Part shown: one piece after another, positions 44,122 to 58,900 of the stretch
How the letters are laid out: each line of letters starts with the position of its first letter
How positions within the stretch are numbered: position 1 is the stretch's first letter
Origin: Eledone cirrhosa
Lineage: Eukaryota
DNA: 64,000 nucleotides
NCBI GenBank assembly: GCA_964016885.1
Contig: OZ024741.1
Span: 179,800,001 to 179,864,000 of the forward strand
Reading direction: 5' to 3'
Made by a program: the position numbers and the translations under genes
Notes under the pieces: generated by a model
Database searches by the model: none
What the model was told of the DNA's origin: nothing
What the model saw: the letters and a program-made list of their open reading frames with translations, nothing else

Positions 44122-44292
44122 ACAGAGTGTGTGACGAAAGAACTATGACTATATATAAACAACTATCTGGTTGTGGAACCAACCAACCAACCAGAAATTT
44201 ATAAATTTGTAAATTTATAAATATATAATAAATTGAAGTGAAAGCAACTGGTGCGTGTGTTTCTTATTGGCAACATGACCTTCCCAAAGTAT

Positions 44293-44645
<353 letters not shown>

Positions 44646-45299
44646 CAGTCTTATAGATAAATAGATTCGACATACCGTAACAACATCTACTTGCATTTGA
44701 GAAGGTTGATTTGGTTGTGACAAAATTGTACACAGAGAGAAAGAAAGAGAGAGAGAAAGAGAGAAAAAAGAGAGAGAAAAAAAGAAAGAAAGACAGAAAA
44801 CGAAGAAAAAGAAAAAGAAGAAATGCATGGAACAAAATAGAGAGATGGAAAGATAGATAAAGAGAAGAACTTCATGTAAAGAAACAGAAAGAGATATATA
44901 TATATATAGAGAGAGAGGAAATAGAGATAGATACATATATAGAAAGCACTATACATATATAGTGGGACGAACTGTTGAATAACGTATCAATGATACATTT
45001 ATTTATTTATTTATTTATTTAGCTCTAGTATTAATGTAAGGGAGATGTATGGAGGGAAAACCAGCTGTTATATAGGGAGAGAAAAAAATATAGAGAGAGA
45101 AAAAAAGAGAGAGAGAAAATTCAAAAATATCCAGACACAGGCGAGGCGTACAAACCTCTGTTTTAATGTAGAGGTACTAGTATTTACAAAACAAAACCAG
45201 CCTCTGCATTGTAAATATCAGTATTCCTGAATGAGATATGTATCCACAATGTGTGAAAATTAATGATCTTATGTTTAGTTTTTTAAAAAAAAATTCATA

Positions 45300-46107
45300 T
45301 GCTGATAAGATTGTGTACATAGATAATGATAGACAAACTAAACAAAGTAACAACTTTTTTAATTACGGCAACATCCTTAACAACTATAATAGAAAGCATT
45401 ACAATAATTCCAAAGGCCAAAAAAGAAATAGAACTAGGAACATAATTTGGTTTGCCCCCCCTTTCTCACTAAACATTAAAACCCACATCGCTAAACTATT
45501 TTTTAAAGCTCTTGATAATCGCTTCCCTAGAACACATAGATATCACTCAATTTTCAATAGACATACAATTAAATTAACCTACTCATCCACCAAAAATTTA
45601 GCACAAAATATCAATAGAATAAATAATAGGAACTTAAAACCTAGTGATAACAGCATAAATAATATACAAGTTAACAAATGTAACTGTAGAGATAGATCTA
45701 AATGTCCGTTAAATAACAACTGCTTAGTTAAAAATATAGTATACAATTGTAATGTTAATACTGACTCTAATTCTTTTAACTACGTCGGTTCCACATCGAC
45801 GGAATTTAAACTTCGCTATAATAACCACAAGAATTCTTTCACAGATCCAAGTAAAAAATCTTCAACGGCACTATCAGGCGTACTATGGCAACTTAAGCTA
45901 GATAACGTTAGATATTCGACGGCTTGGAATATAGTCTCAAGAGGGATTCCTTTTAATTCATCCTCTGAGACATGTGACCTCTGCGCAGAGGAGATATTCT
46001 TTATACTAAAATCTAAAAATTCCCTTAATCTACGGACAAATTTATTCAGTTGTTGCAAACATAGATTAAACTCAACGTTTAAATATAAATTTAAATTTAA
46101 AATGTAG
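45300..46107 (+). pseudogene. PLE linker plus GIY-YIG endonuclease, open frame (Hydra-clade-like), RT missing
   Basis: RNIIWFAPPFS; CNCRDRSKCPL (CxCx5C); NIVYNC...YVGSTSTEFKLRYNNHKNSF; CDLCAEE...CCKHR. Confidence 0.85.
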
Positions 46108-47490
46108 CATATTTAGTTTGATTTATAATTATATGGGAAACTAGCCGATAAATCTTTGATTCTCTTTTTACTCTTTTTATTTTTATTTTATTTATTTAAA
46201 CATTCTTCATGAAAAATTAAGCTATCCTAAAAGTTGATGCTCCAAATACTTCGAATAAAAGTTACACTAGATAAACTTCTATATTAAATATAAGAACACA
46301 TGTAGACCAAATTGGGCATCCTATACTTTTTGAAATGATCTTTGCTAGATGCGATTTGATAGATAATTTTTGGCTTTATCTGTTTTTCGACTCTGATGTT
46401 TATAATGAACTTGGCAATATATTGTCAATTAATTTTGAAGGGTTGATCTTTGTGGTTTATTTTATTTTTATTACTGTAGTATTTCCTATATTTTTATTAC
46501 TGTAGTATTTCCTAATTTTTATTTTTTAATATTTTTAATATGTAAATTTTTTAATATGTAATATTTTTAATATGTAATATTCTTTCGTAATATTTCTTAG
46601 TTTTCTATTTTATTATTACTTATTATTATTATTGTTATTTTTAGTTTAGTTTTGTTTCCGATATATTTTTATTTTTATTTTTATTAGTATATTGAAATCT
46701 GCTCTATCTTTGCTTGATAGATAATCTTGTAGAGTAGAGACAGAAATAGTAATATTGACTCTATATACACATATATGTATACTTAAATTTTTATACCGCA
46801 TTGAGAATACTTTCCGTGAACTTAGGGTTTGCAGAATTGATCATGTACATTCACATAGATGTTTGTAATTATCACATAAACAGAAAGGGACTCAGAATTA
46901 TTATCTCGTACAAGTTCACTTTGCTGCACTGGGTCGTTGCTGGCCCGGGATGGAAACCTTTATTGTTTATTTCGTGGTAGTCTCTTTAGTATTTTGGCCC
47001 CTTTTGTTGACCCGTCACCGTATCATTTACGTACTTATACCTCTTAAAAGGGTCCTTGCCTATTCCGTCCCACCTAGTTCTTTTACTTATTTCGTTATTT
47101 CTTTATTTATTTCTTTCTTTACTTCTTTCTTTCTTTCTTTATTTTATTCTAGCCTAACAATAGCCTGAGACCTAGGTCGTAGAATTTAATTTACTTTACT
47201 TTTTTCTTTACACTTATTTGCTTTTCTTCACTCTCAGTATTTTTTCTTTCCTATATATTTCTACCCCCCATTGTTCTACCTACCGTTCCGACTTCCTCCC
47301 CCTCCCCCTCCCCTGTATCTTCTTTGACCTCATGTCCAGCTGTAGCTGGCACTACCAACGCTTGATTGGGTCTACTCCACCCCTCTCCTCTTTCTCCTAC
47401 TGGCAGGTTTAGCCACCATCTCCCCTACTAATTTGCAACCACAGAATTACTACTGATTTTTGACAATCACTTTGACCATATATGGAATTG

Positions 47491-47597
47491 CCCCTTGAGA
47501 AGATCGGCTATTTAAATACCAGGATAAATTTTCATTTAGTCCAGAATTAGCCGTCGAAACGGCTTGAGCTCAGCTGTCGGGGTCTTACTGGTTCCTA
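47491..47597 (+). ncRNA. Family A pLTR end with degenerate hammerhead-like fold
   Basis: cccc-TTGAGAA-gatcggcta...tagccgtc-GAAA-cggct tgagctc agctg-TC-gggg; the first core box is non-canonical. Confidence 0.45.
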
Positions 47598-47907
47598 TAT
47601 ATTTATATATATATATGTATTTAGGTTTTTTTTTGTGTGCATTTGCTTACCACGTGCGTTTGGTCATTTATTATTATTATTATTATTATTGTTGGTGAAG
47701 CCACGCTTCTTATCGCCTCCAGTTTTTTTCAACGTTTTACCTCGTTTTCAACCGTTCTAAACCTTTTATTCAAGTTTTAAATTTGATAAAAGTTTAAAAG
47801 AAGTGACCCACCTAATACAGGGGTTCACTAGTAAATAATACGGCACCCCTTTACGGGGTGTCGTATTCGTATTTGTGTAAAAATATTTTTTTTTGAAAAA
47901 TTTCAAC

Positions 47908-50022
47908 ATGGATAACACAAGAAAAAGAGAGAGCGCTTTCAGACAACACAGAGAGAGGGAGACTTTATCAGCATGTCAACAAGACAGCTTTCCAGCGGAG
48001 GTAAATATAAACGAAATTATTACAAAGGAAAAGAAGATTGTTACAGATTTAAAATTAACAAATATTTCTAACACAAACAACACCAACAATAACACCAACA
48101 ACAACACCAACAACAACACCAACAACAACAACACCATCAATAACAACAGCAACAACAAAAATAACAGCGGTAAAGTTGAGAACGACAATAACAAAAATAA
48201 CAGCGGTAAGGTCGAGAACGACAATAACAAAAATAACAGCGGTAAGGTCGAGAACGACAATAACAATGACAATAACAACAGCCACAACAACAATAATAGT
48301 AGGAACAGTATCAACAAAAACAACAATAATAACAACAGCCACAATAACAGTAACAACAGCAACAGTATCAACGAAAACAACAACAACAACAATAGCAACA
48401 ACTGTACCAACGAAAACATCAACAATGACACCGATACCTGTAATAGCGACCTAAGCACCACCAGTAAGACTAGTAGCGGCAGCAATAGTGGTGCTGCTGA
48501 AAAAGGGACCACTTCTTTTGCAGGTGTCACCCGAAATATCGAGACAGTGTTAGTCACAGAGGAGGAGATGGCAGTCGCAAGGGCCATGGTGACAAGAAGC
48601 GCAAATAGAGTTTCCCTGAAACCTCCACCCGATATTTTCAAGGACCAGCAGCTACGGACGGTGACTTACCGCACCGTAAGCAAAATCTCACATCGAGTGG
48701 AGAGAGCCACGGAGGCTCAAATCCAAAAGGCCTTGGGGTGCGTCTGGGCACGCAAAACCCACATCACCCGAGGCAGAAAGTACGCCATAGTAGACGTACT
48801 TTTCGCCACCCCCAGGAAGTAAAGTCTCACTCTTTGGAAACCCTAAAGAGTGAAGAGATAGTCTTGGTGCCCTCCTACTGCGGGCAGAAAATTGTGAGGG
48901 TCAAAGTGACCCAGGTCCCACCCGACGTGCCCATACCTTGGCTGGCCGCGTCTGTCCTTGCTGGAATCGAGAACAGGGCGACCATGCTGCAAGTAGAAAA
49001 AATAGGGAGAGAGAACTGGTCAGGTATAGGCATGCAAATGCTTATACAAACTGACCAGGAATGTATCGACGCTATCCCCGATATCATAGACATCGAGGAA
49101 GGACTCCAACTCCCTATAAGTGTAAAAGGAAGACGGCCAAAATGTTATCTCTGTGGGTCGAAGGGTCACCTCAGGGCCTTTTGCCCGCAGAAGACAGCGA
49201 AGAAGGCCCCTCTCCTTCCAATACCTGGTCCGCTGCTACCAAGAGCAGAGCAGGCAACAAACGAAGAAGCCCCTTCCACGGTGAGTAGGAGGGCAACGTC
49301 CGTAGCACCAGTACCAAGGCCACGGATAACTAAAGCAGCATCATCAGTAGCGGCAACACCAATAGCTACATTTGAAGTAGCTACACCAGCAACAAAATTG
49401 CCGAAGAGGGCTCCACTACCACCACCAACAGCCGTGGAGCACATACTCCTCCCAGACGCCACAGAATCCGACATGGAGTTTGAGGCGGGAGTGAAGTGGC
49501 AAACGGTCTGCCACAAAAAACGAAAAAGAAAAAAACCCTTAGATTCACCCTCCAAAAGCGAAGGCATACAAAGAGGGGTAAAGGCAGCAAGGAAACTTGC
49601 AGCAACACCACCACTATCACCACCACAAACTCCAACAACGCAAACACAACAAGACACACACACCAAACAGCAACAAGAAGAAAACAGCAACAAAATCCCC
49701 CCCCCCCCCCCAAAAAAAAGTACACAGCCATAAACATGGCAAAAAAAAAGAACTCATACAATATATAAAGCAGCAGAACACAGACATCACAGAAAAAAAC
49801 TACTACACCCCACCAACACCAAGAACTCTCCCGAGAAACATAAGCATCATCGAAATCTCAATAGAACAGTACAAACCTTTAAAACAAAAATTCCCCAACG
49901 CAGTTGGAGACTTCAGAGGGTCGGTTACCAAGATGATATACACTGACATCCCCTTGGAAATACCCATGACCAGCGAAAGGGACGGTTCTACTGTCCCTAC
50001 ACCACACGAACAAGGTAAGTGA
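47908..50022 (+). pseudogene. Tx1 ORF1 (gag-like, CCHC zinc knuckle), frameshifted
   Basis: SFAGV motif, Asn-rich tract, GRRPKCYLCGSKGHLRAFCP, WQTV...KKRK; split over three frames. Confidence 0.85.
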
Positions 50023-50054
50023 CCCTTTCTCACTTGCCCCGTTTCTCATCCAAC

Positions 50055-53000
50055 ATGGCTGTACTCAGAATAAGCAGTATAAATGCACGTGGTCTGGGGT
50101 CATCTTGGAAGCAGGGTCACCTGCTCAATGACCTCAGGTCACTAAACATAGATGTGGTGGCCATCAGTGAAACTAGAATTTCCGAAGCACAGGCCTTCGC
50201 ACCGATCTTCGGCGGCTACGATGTATACGCATCTCCCAGCCGTCCAAGATCGGGGGGAGGGGTTGCCATCCTTTTTCGGAGAGGCTTGGATCTCGCGATA
50301 CGGGCCATCTTCCTGGACCCAGAAGGTAAGTCGGTGGTGCTGGACGTGACCGGCAGCGAAGGCAATGCTTTCAGGCTAGTAGCCGTCTACGCCCCAACAG
50401 GGGCAGGACGGCCAGATTTCTTCAGACGTCTAGAGACCTTTCTTGGAACGTCCCGCTCTTTAGTGTTAGTGGGCGACTGGAACGGTATCTTGGATGCACG
50501 CTGGGATCGTGTGGGGCTAGTGGATAGGGGAGGAGGGTGCAAGAGCCACACCAACCTGCTCAGACGTTTTGAACTGTCTGACAGGTATCGACTGGATCAC
50601 CCGAATGTGCCAATGTGGACAAGGAACAAACCGCATCGGGTCATCCAGATCGTATCTAGATAGGGTATTCTGCAGAGAACTAGATAAGGCTAGTATAAGT
50701 TGTCCACAATTTAAAATAGTCGACTACACAGACCACAAATTTGTGATCTGTGAGATCGACATAGACAGACTTCATAGACAAGGGCCTGGTTACTGGAAGC
50801 TGAACGCGTTTTTCCCGGCGCGCAAAGCCTACAGAGACCGGATTAGCGTATTAGTTAAGCGGGCGTTGACGGGAGCGGTCGTCAACAACAGGTGGTGGTT
50901 CGCCCTGAAAAGGGCAATTAAAGTAGAGTCGATTAGGTTTAGCAACGGAGTAGTGATAGAGGAAAATAGAGTAGAGGGAGAGCTAGTCAGAAAGCTAGAA
51001 GAGGCGTTTAGGACAGGCATCGCAACCGACGTGCTTGCGGCGAGATTGGCACTCGACCAATTCTTCAACGCAAAACACGAAGGCTGCGTTGTCAGAGCTA
51101 GAGCGCGTGCTCTGAAACACGAGGGGACAAAATCCGTCCAATGGGCCCGGGTGGCAGAGGCGCGACGTGGCAACAAAGCCACAATTCGGTCTTTGTCTGA
51201 CCAAAACGGGTGAGTGATGCTCGAACCCGAGCGGATGTGTGAAGCTTTTCAGCAGCGCTTTGCTGAACTGTTCGGGAGCGGCGGCGGCCCAGATCGGGGC
51301 ATAGACTTCAGTGCATACCTCGACGGACTGTCTCGGCTCTCGACGACCGCAGCACAGTGTTGCGAAAAGCCAATAACAGCCGGTGAAATACGGGAAGCGA
51401 TGGCTAACTGCACAAGGGGTAAATCACCAGGTTTAGATGGTCTGCCCTACGAGCTTTATGCATTTATGCCAGACTTGTTCGGTGACCTCTTGGCAGACGT
51501 CTACTGCAATTGGCAGCAGAACGGGAGCATTCCCAGTTTTGTGAGCCGGGGAGCAGTGGCGCTGCTGAGAAAAGACCCGAACAAAGGGGATGTTATCGAT
51601 AATTTCAGGCCCATAACCCTGCTAAACGCAGAGTTCAAGATTTTGGCCAAGGTGTTAGCCACGAGGTTGGCGCTTGTCGTCAAGGGTTTGGTGGGAGAGG
51701 CGCAGACATGCGCCATTCCGGACAGATCCATACACGACAACATCCACCTCATGCGATACATCATAGAGAGGGTGGTTAAGGAACCTGGCAAGGGTGGGCC
51801 CTGATCAACTTGGATCAATCCAAAGCATTCGATAGGGTCGACCATCGGTACCTGGCGGTGGTCCTCGAGGCAGCCGGTTTCGGGACCGTTTTCAGGGGTT
51901 GGATCGCAGCAATGTACAGCGACATCTGCTCAGTTGTGAGGGTGAACGGTCACCTGTCGCAGCCGTTCAATATCATGGGCTCAGTCCGCCAGGGTTGTCC
52001 CCTCTCGTCCCTCTTGTACGTATTGGCTCTCGAGCCGTTACTGCACAAACTGGGGCGATGAGGGGCGTCCCACGCGAACTAGGATGCGGGAAATCCGAGT
52101 CGGCTTACGCTGACGACGTCACCGTGGTGGTGTCGAGCACCAGACACGTCCAGATGCTCGGCACCGCTCTCAAGGAATACGAAGCGGTGACAGGAGCAAA
52201 GATAAACCAGGAAAAGTCGGTGGGCTTGCAGCTCGGCACCTGGAGAGGCAAGTCAATGCCGTCCGACAGCGTCGTGGGGCGTTGGACGGACGGACCGGTT
52301 AAATTGCTCGGGGTCTGGTTCGGACCGGACCTCCAGATGGAGAAAAAACTGGAACGAGGTGACGAGCAGGGTGGCCTCCCTCGCCCAGAAATGGGCTGAG
52401 AGGAAGCTGTCACTGAAAGGCCGGGCGGAAGTGGCGAATGCGTACATCGCATCCGTCATCTGCTACCGCCTCACCGTCGTCCCTTGCTTCAGCCCAACTC
52501 TCACCAAAATGGAGCGCCTCCTCTTCCGCTTTTTGTGGAAGGGACGCGTTCCCATGGTCAGACAATCCATCTGCTGTCAACACCCGTTTCGTGGAGGACT
52601 GGGCATGCCATGGCTGATGATGCGCAAACATGCGCTGAGGCTGCGACATCTCTGGTGCTTCCTTGATGGTGAACGGATGTGGTCACCGTTCGCCAGGCAC
52701 GTTTTCCCACAGCTCGTCTCCTTGACGGAGCTGCAGTCCTGGGTCAGAAAAAGACCGAGGGATAGCGCTTGGAAACTGGAATGTCTCCAAGCGCTCACTG
52801 CCCTCTCCCAGTTTGGCACCAGTATCGGTGGAACATCCACCTCGGCGTTCTATAGAGAACTAGTGGAGGGGAAGAGCGACGGCATTCTCGGAGAGATCCT
52901 GGGCGTCGAAGAAGATCAGCTGTTTGCTCTCTTCCGGAGAACTTTCAGCCCGGGGCCTATGGATAACTTCCAAAAATCTCTGGCCTGGCAGTGCTACCGG

Positions 53001-53459
53001 GGAGCGCTGCCGGTTCGAGATAAGCTCTACAGGCACGGAAGTGCCGTCAGCCGATCCTGTTCGAGATGCGCGCAGAGCGTCGAAACCGTTGTGCACGCAC
53101 TCGTTCAGTGCCCGAGCATTGCTGACTTGTGGAGCTATGTCGAACAGTTGCTGTCGCGTGTGGGACTGATCCGGTTGTCGACTGAGTCCATTGTGCAGAT
53201 GGTCTCGCCGTCTTCCTTTGAGGAGGAAGGGCAGGCGGTTTTCATCTGCCTGGTGGCCATGGCGAAAGAGATTGCGTGGTGGACAAGGTTAAAAGGGTTA
53301 AAGACAAACACTTTCCTCTTCGGCGAATCCCTAATTAACTTTTTCAAGTTTCACTTGAAGATGAAAATCAGGATGGAGAGGCAAGTGCTGCTTTCTAGCA
53401 AGTTTGTTGAAAGGTGGGTGAATGTAGCTAGAATTGTCCGAGGGAATATACGTCTGTAG
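50055..53459 (+). pseudogene. Tx1 ORF2 (APE endonuclease, RT, C-terminal zinc finger), disrupted
   Basis: SINARGL, SETR, VYAP, GDWN, YTDH, GYWKLN, KSPGLDGLP, FRPITLLN, DQSKAFDRVDH, VRQGCPLS, AYADD, CSRC...H...C; several frameshifts/stops. Confidence 0.93.
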
Positions 53460-53992
53460 TTTGAGAGATGAAAAAATTGAGAGAGGGCGCTTGCCCCGGT
53501 GGTCAGAGTGGCCGTGGTCTTTTGTGTGGTTTTCGCCACGAGTAACCCTCGGAGGTTTCCCCCGTATTGGGGAATTGTTCATTGTTTCAATTTTCATTTT
53601 TATTGTTTATATATATATATGTTTTATGTCCTTTTTTTTCTTTTCTTATATAAATAATAAAAATATTTACACGCACAAAACCCACATCGTACCGTCCTGT
53701 GCCGTCTGTAATGTTTTTTCTTGATGTCAGCCCTTGTGGCCAATAAAGAAATTATTATTATTATTATTATTATTATTGGTGACCTACGTAGTAAATCGTA
53801 TCATCGTGAGCTCCGCAAAGGTTTGTTATTTTTAGTTGTTCAAAATTGTCATTCATGGAAAATTTTATTGTTAATTGTATATAAGTGCACATACATTGTT
53901 ATCTGAAAAGGATACCCAAAAAGATTGGGGCCTTGAGCCCAAAATTTAAACTTTTATAATTATCAAACAAAAAATCTTTTCTTTGAAACATC

Positions 53993-55957
53993 ATGGCTGA
54001 CTCAGAGTCACTCCTTTCACACAAACTAACACCTCACACCGACACCACCATTGTAAATATTACTACGTTTGCCAACACTAAAAAAAATATAAGCAGTAGC
54101 AATATTTTAAATTTGTCTCAGGCAGACATTCATTTTCCGCCATTACCAATGACTGCAGGTGTTAAAGCCGCCACCACCACCACCGCGACAACCCCCACCC
54201 CCACCACCACCGCGACAACAGAAACAAAAGAAAAAAATAAATTAACTCGTGATATCGAAATGCATTCAACCAAAATGAACTCTTCCACACCGAACACCAC
54301 TGACGCCACCACCACCACAACTGAAACTAAAATTAATAATAACAAAAATAACGAGAACAACAACAGCAACAATGACATTAAGAAAACCACCCTGAGTTTT
54401 GCCAGAGTAGCAAAACAGTGCGAAGCATTTCAGGTAACTCAGGAGGAATTAGAAGAAGCCCAAAAAAATGGTAAAGAAAGATGGGTACAGGGTCAGCCCC
54501 CCCCCCCACACACCTAATAAAATGGAGCATCGGCGCCTATGCACCGTGTCTTATCGAACAATTAATATAAAATCGCGCCGAGTGGAACGGGCATCCGAGT
54601 CCCAAATCCAAAAAGCTTTGGGACATGTGTGGGCAAAAAAAAACCCACATCAGACGTGGGCAGAAGTATGGAACCGTGGACGTGTTCTTTGAAACACCAC
54701 AGGAGGCTAGAGAACACTCCATGGCCCCATTAAGAAGTGACGACTTCACACTCGTCCCAAGCTATTGTGGCCAGAGACTCGTAAAGATCAGGGTCACCCA
54801 CATTCCACCGGCCATCGAAATTCCCTGGCTAATAGCTGCCGTCCTCGCTGGCATCGAAGCCAACACCAAGATAATCGAAATAGCGAAAGAAAAGCAGGAG
54901 AACTGGTCCGGATCTGGGATGGAGCTCCTGATCCAAGCGGACCAAAAAAGCATTGAGGAGATCCCAGAGGTAATAGACCTCACTGACGGCAGCCACCTCA
55001 CCGTAATTGTCGAGGGCAGAAGGCCTAGGTGTGTCGTTTGTGGCGAAGGAACCCACCTAAGGGCTTTCTGCCCTCAGGCTAAAAGGTTGAGGCCACCTCT
55101 CCTACCCACCCAGTGACACAACCATCAACACCACCAGTAGCAGAGATGGCAGCAACAACTGTAGCAGCAACAACAGAAGCAACTGTAACAGCAACAACCC
55201 CAACAACAGTAGCAAAACCAACACCACCACCACCCAACGCGCCAGAACTAGCACCAGCGCTTACACCATCCACCACGCCACAAGCAAAACTAACGCCTGT
55301 GGAGGATTTTCCACTCCCCGGCCTAACACAACTGGAGACAGATTGTGACGACGAGGAGTGGGAAACGGTATCAGGAAAAAAGAAAAAAAGAAACCAAAAA
55401 AGAAAAAAATTCTCTTCCTTCCCCCTCCAAAAACAAAATACAGAGGGAAACAAATAAACTATCAAACAAAAAAGTTAGGACAGATATGCCACCATCCACA
55501 CCAGCATCACCAACCCCATCACCCCAAACACCAACACCATCACCATCATTAACCCCAACACCACCATCACCTACACCACAAAAGTCACCAAAAAGCGAAA
55601 CAGAAACAAACCCACAACAAACGCAAACAAAACAAAACAAAACAAAACAACCAAAACGATACACACGACACAGCATTAAATTTGAACAACAACCAATTAT
55701 TACACTACATCCAACACAACACCAGCATCACAGAAAAAAGACTACACAACAACCCAAAAGTTCACACCACCTCCACACATACAATCACTCGCATCGCACA
55801 GAAAACGTACACGACACTAAAAAAAAAATTCCCCAAAGACATCGGAGACTTCTGAGAAGCACTCTCCAGGGGGATTTACAAGGACATCCTACCGGGGGAG
55901 GCCACAAGCAGTGAGAAGGATGGAGAAACCATCCTTCCTCTACGTGAAGTAAGGTAA
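53993..55957 (+). pseudogene. Tx1 ORF1, disrupted
   Basis: SFARV, RVERASESQIQKALG, GRRPRCVVCGEGTHLRAFCP, WETVSGKKK; several frameshifts/stops. Confidence 0.85.
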
Positions 55958-55991
55958 GTGGTCTTTCCCATCTTTTCCACTCCATTTCAAC

Positions 55992-58900
55992 ATGATCTCA
56001 CTCAGAATAAGCAGCATAAATGCGCGTGGCTTGGGGTCGTCATGGAAGCAGGGCCACCTGCTCAACGACCTCAGGTCACTAAACATAGATGTAATGGCCA
56101 TCAGCGAGACCAGAATCTCCGAAGCACGGACCTTCGCACCGATCTTCGGCGGCTACGATGTGTACGCATCTCCCAGCCGTCCGGGATCGGGGGGAGGAGT
56201 TGCTGAGCTTTTTCGGAGAGGTTTGGATCTTGCCATACAGGCCATCTTCCTGGACCCAGAAGGTAAGTTGGTGGTGCTGGACGTGACCAGCGGAGACGGG
56301 CAAGCTTTCAGGTTAGTGGCCGTCTATGCCCCGACAGGAGCAGGGCAGCCTGATTTCTTCCGGCGTCTGGAGACCTTTCTTGGAACGTCCCGCTCTTTAG
56401 TGTTAGTGGGCGACTGGAACGGGATCTTAGATGCACGCTGGGACTGTGTGGGATTAGTGGATAGGGGAGGAGGCTGCAAGAGTCTCACCAACCTGCTCAG
56501 GCGCTTTGAACTGTCTGACAGGTACCGATTGGATTTCCCGAATGTGCCAATGTGGACTTGGACAAATCGCATAGGGTCATCCAGATCATATTTAGATAGA
56601 GTATTTTGTATGGAAATAGATAGGTCTAGCATAGGCTGTCCACAATTCAAGATAGTCAGCTACACGGACCACAAATTCGTGATCTGTGTGCTTGACTTAG
56701 ATAGGCTTCATAGACGAGGACCCGGCTACTGGAAGCTAAACGCGTCCTTACCAGCGCGCAAGGCCTACAGAGACCGGATTAGCGAACTAGTTAAGCGGGC
56801 GTTGACGGGGGCCATCGTCAACAACAAGTGGTGGTTTGCTCTGAAAAGAGAGATTAGAATAGAATCCATTAGGTTTAGTAAGGCTTTAGCAATAGAGAAA
56901 AATAGAGCAGAGGGAGAACTAGTTAGAAAATTAGACGAGGCGCTTAGCAAAGGCATTGCGACCGACGTGCTTGCGGCGAAATTGGCCCTTGACCAATTCT
57001 TCAATGCAAAGCACGAAGGCTGCGTTGTCAGAGCAAGGGTGCGTGCTCTCAGACACGAGGGGACGAAAGCCGTTCAATGGGCCCGAGTGGCGGAGGCGCG
57101 TCGTGGCAACAAAGCCACGATCCGGTCTTTAGTGGACCACGACGGGCGCATGCTACTCGATCCCGGGCAAATGTGTGAAGCTTTTCAGCGACACTTTGCT
57201 CAGCTGTTCGGGGGCAGCGGTGGGCCGGGTCGAGGGATGAACTTTAGTGTCTACCTCGACGGACTGCCGCGGCTCTCGGCCACTGAGGCGAAGTGTTGCG
57301 AAAAGCCGATAACAGCTGCTGAAGTAAGGGAGGCAATGACTGGCTGCACAAGGGGTAAATCGCCTGGTTTGGATGGTCTGCCCTATGAACTTTACGTACA
57401 GATGCCAGACTTGTTCGGAGGCCTCTTGGCGGACGTCTACTGCAACTGGCAACAGAACGGGAGAATTCCCAGTTCTGTGATCCGAGGAGCGGTGGCACTG
57501 CTGAGAAAGGATCCGAACAAGGGGGATAACATAGATAATTTCCGGCCCATAACTCTGCTAAACACAGAGTTCAAGATTTTGGCCAAGGTGCTAGCAAAGA
57601 GGTTGGCGCTTGTCGTTGGTGGTCTGGTGGGAGAGGCGCAGACATGCGCCATTCCCGACAGATCCATCCACGACAACCTCCACCTCATGCGATACATCGT
57701 AGAGAGGGTAGCTAGGGAACCTGGCACGGGTGGGTCCTTGATCAATTTAGATCAGTCGAAAGCTTTCGATAGGGTCGACCATCGTTACCTAGCGGCAGTC
57801 CTGAGGGCGGCTGGCTTTGGGCCCGTCTTCAGAGGCTGGATCGCTGCCATGCACAGTGACATCTGCTCTGTGGTGAGAGTGAACGGTCACCTGTCGGAAC
57901 CGTTCAACATCATGCGCTCGGTCCGCCAAGGATGTCCCCTCTCGTCCCTCTTGTACGTATTGACTCTCGAGCCATTACTGCACAAACTGGAGACGTTGAG
58001 GGGCGTCCCGCGCGAACTAGGATGCGGAAGATCCGTGTCAGCATATGCGGACGATGTCACCGTAGTGGTGTCGAACGCCAAACACATCGAGGCGATCGGC
58101 ACTACACTAAGAGAATACGAAGCGGTGACAGGAGCAATGATCAACCAGGAAAAGTCAGTGGGCCTGCAGCTCGGCACCTGGAGAGGAAGATCCATGCCGT
58201 CCAACAGCGTCGTCGGACGCTGGACGGACGGACCGGTTAAATTGCTAGGGGTCTGGTTCGGTCCGGACCTCTAGACGGACAAAAACTGGGACGAGGTGAC
58301 GAGCAGGGTGGCTTCTCTCACCCAGAAATGGGCGGAGAGGAAGCTATCCCTGAAAGGTCGAGCGAAGGTGGCTAACGCGTACATCGCGTCTGTCATCTGC
58401 TACCTCCTGACCGTCGTACCTTGTCCTAAGCCTCGCCTGACTGCGCTGGAGCGTTTGCTCTTTCGCTTTTTGTGGAAGGGACGTGCTCCGATGGTCAGGC
58501 GGTCCATCTGTTGTCAACACCCGCTACGTGGAGGGCTGGGCATGCCGTGGCTGATGATGCGCAGGCACGCGCTCAGGCTACGACATCTCCACCTCTTCCT
58601 CGACGGTGATCAGGTGTGGTCGCCGTTTGCTAGACACGTATTTCCCCAGCTCGTTTCCTTGACGGAGCTGCAGTCCTGGGTCAAGCGAAGACCGAGAGGG
58701 AGCGCCTGGAGACTGGAATGTCTTCAGGCGCTCACAGCCCTCGACCAATCGGGCAATGTGATCGGTGGAAACTCCACCTCGGCGTTCTATAGAGGATTAG
58801 TGAAGGGGAAGAGCGACGACGTACTTGGGGAAACTCTAGGCGTCGACGAAAATCAACTAGCCAATCTCTTCGGAAGAACTTTCGGGCCAGGGCCTATGGA

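Larger units (their letters stand above)
47691..53750 (+). mobile_element. Near full-length Tx1-clade non-LTR retrotransposon, copy 1
   Basis: 5' UTR, ORF1 with CCHC knuckle, ORF2 APE-RT-zinc finger, AATAAA, (TTA)n on both sides. Confidence 0.93.

Noticed and set aside
51211-55854. In-frame TGA codons as selenocysteine or readthrough
   Set aside because: They fall at Arg positions consistent with CGA>TGA decay and are not shared between copies.
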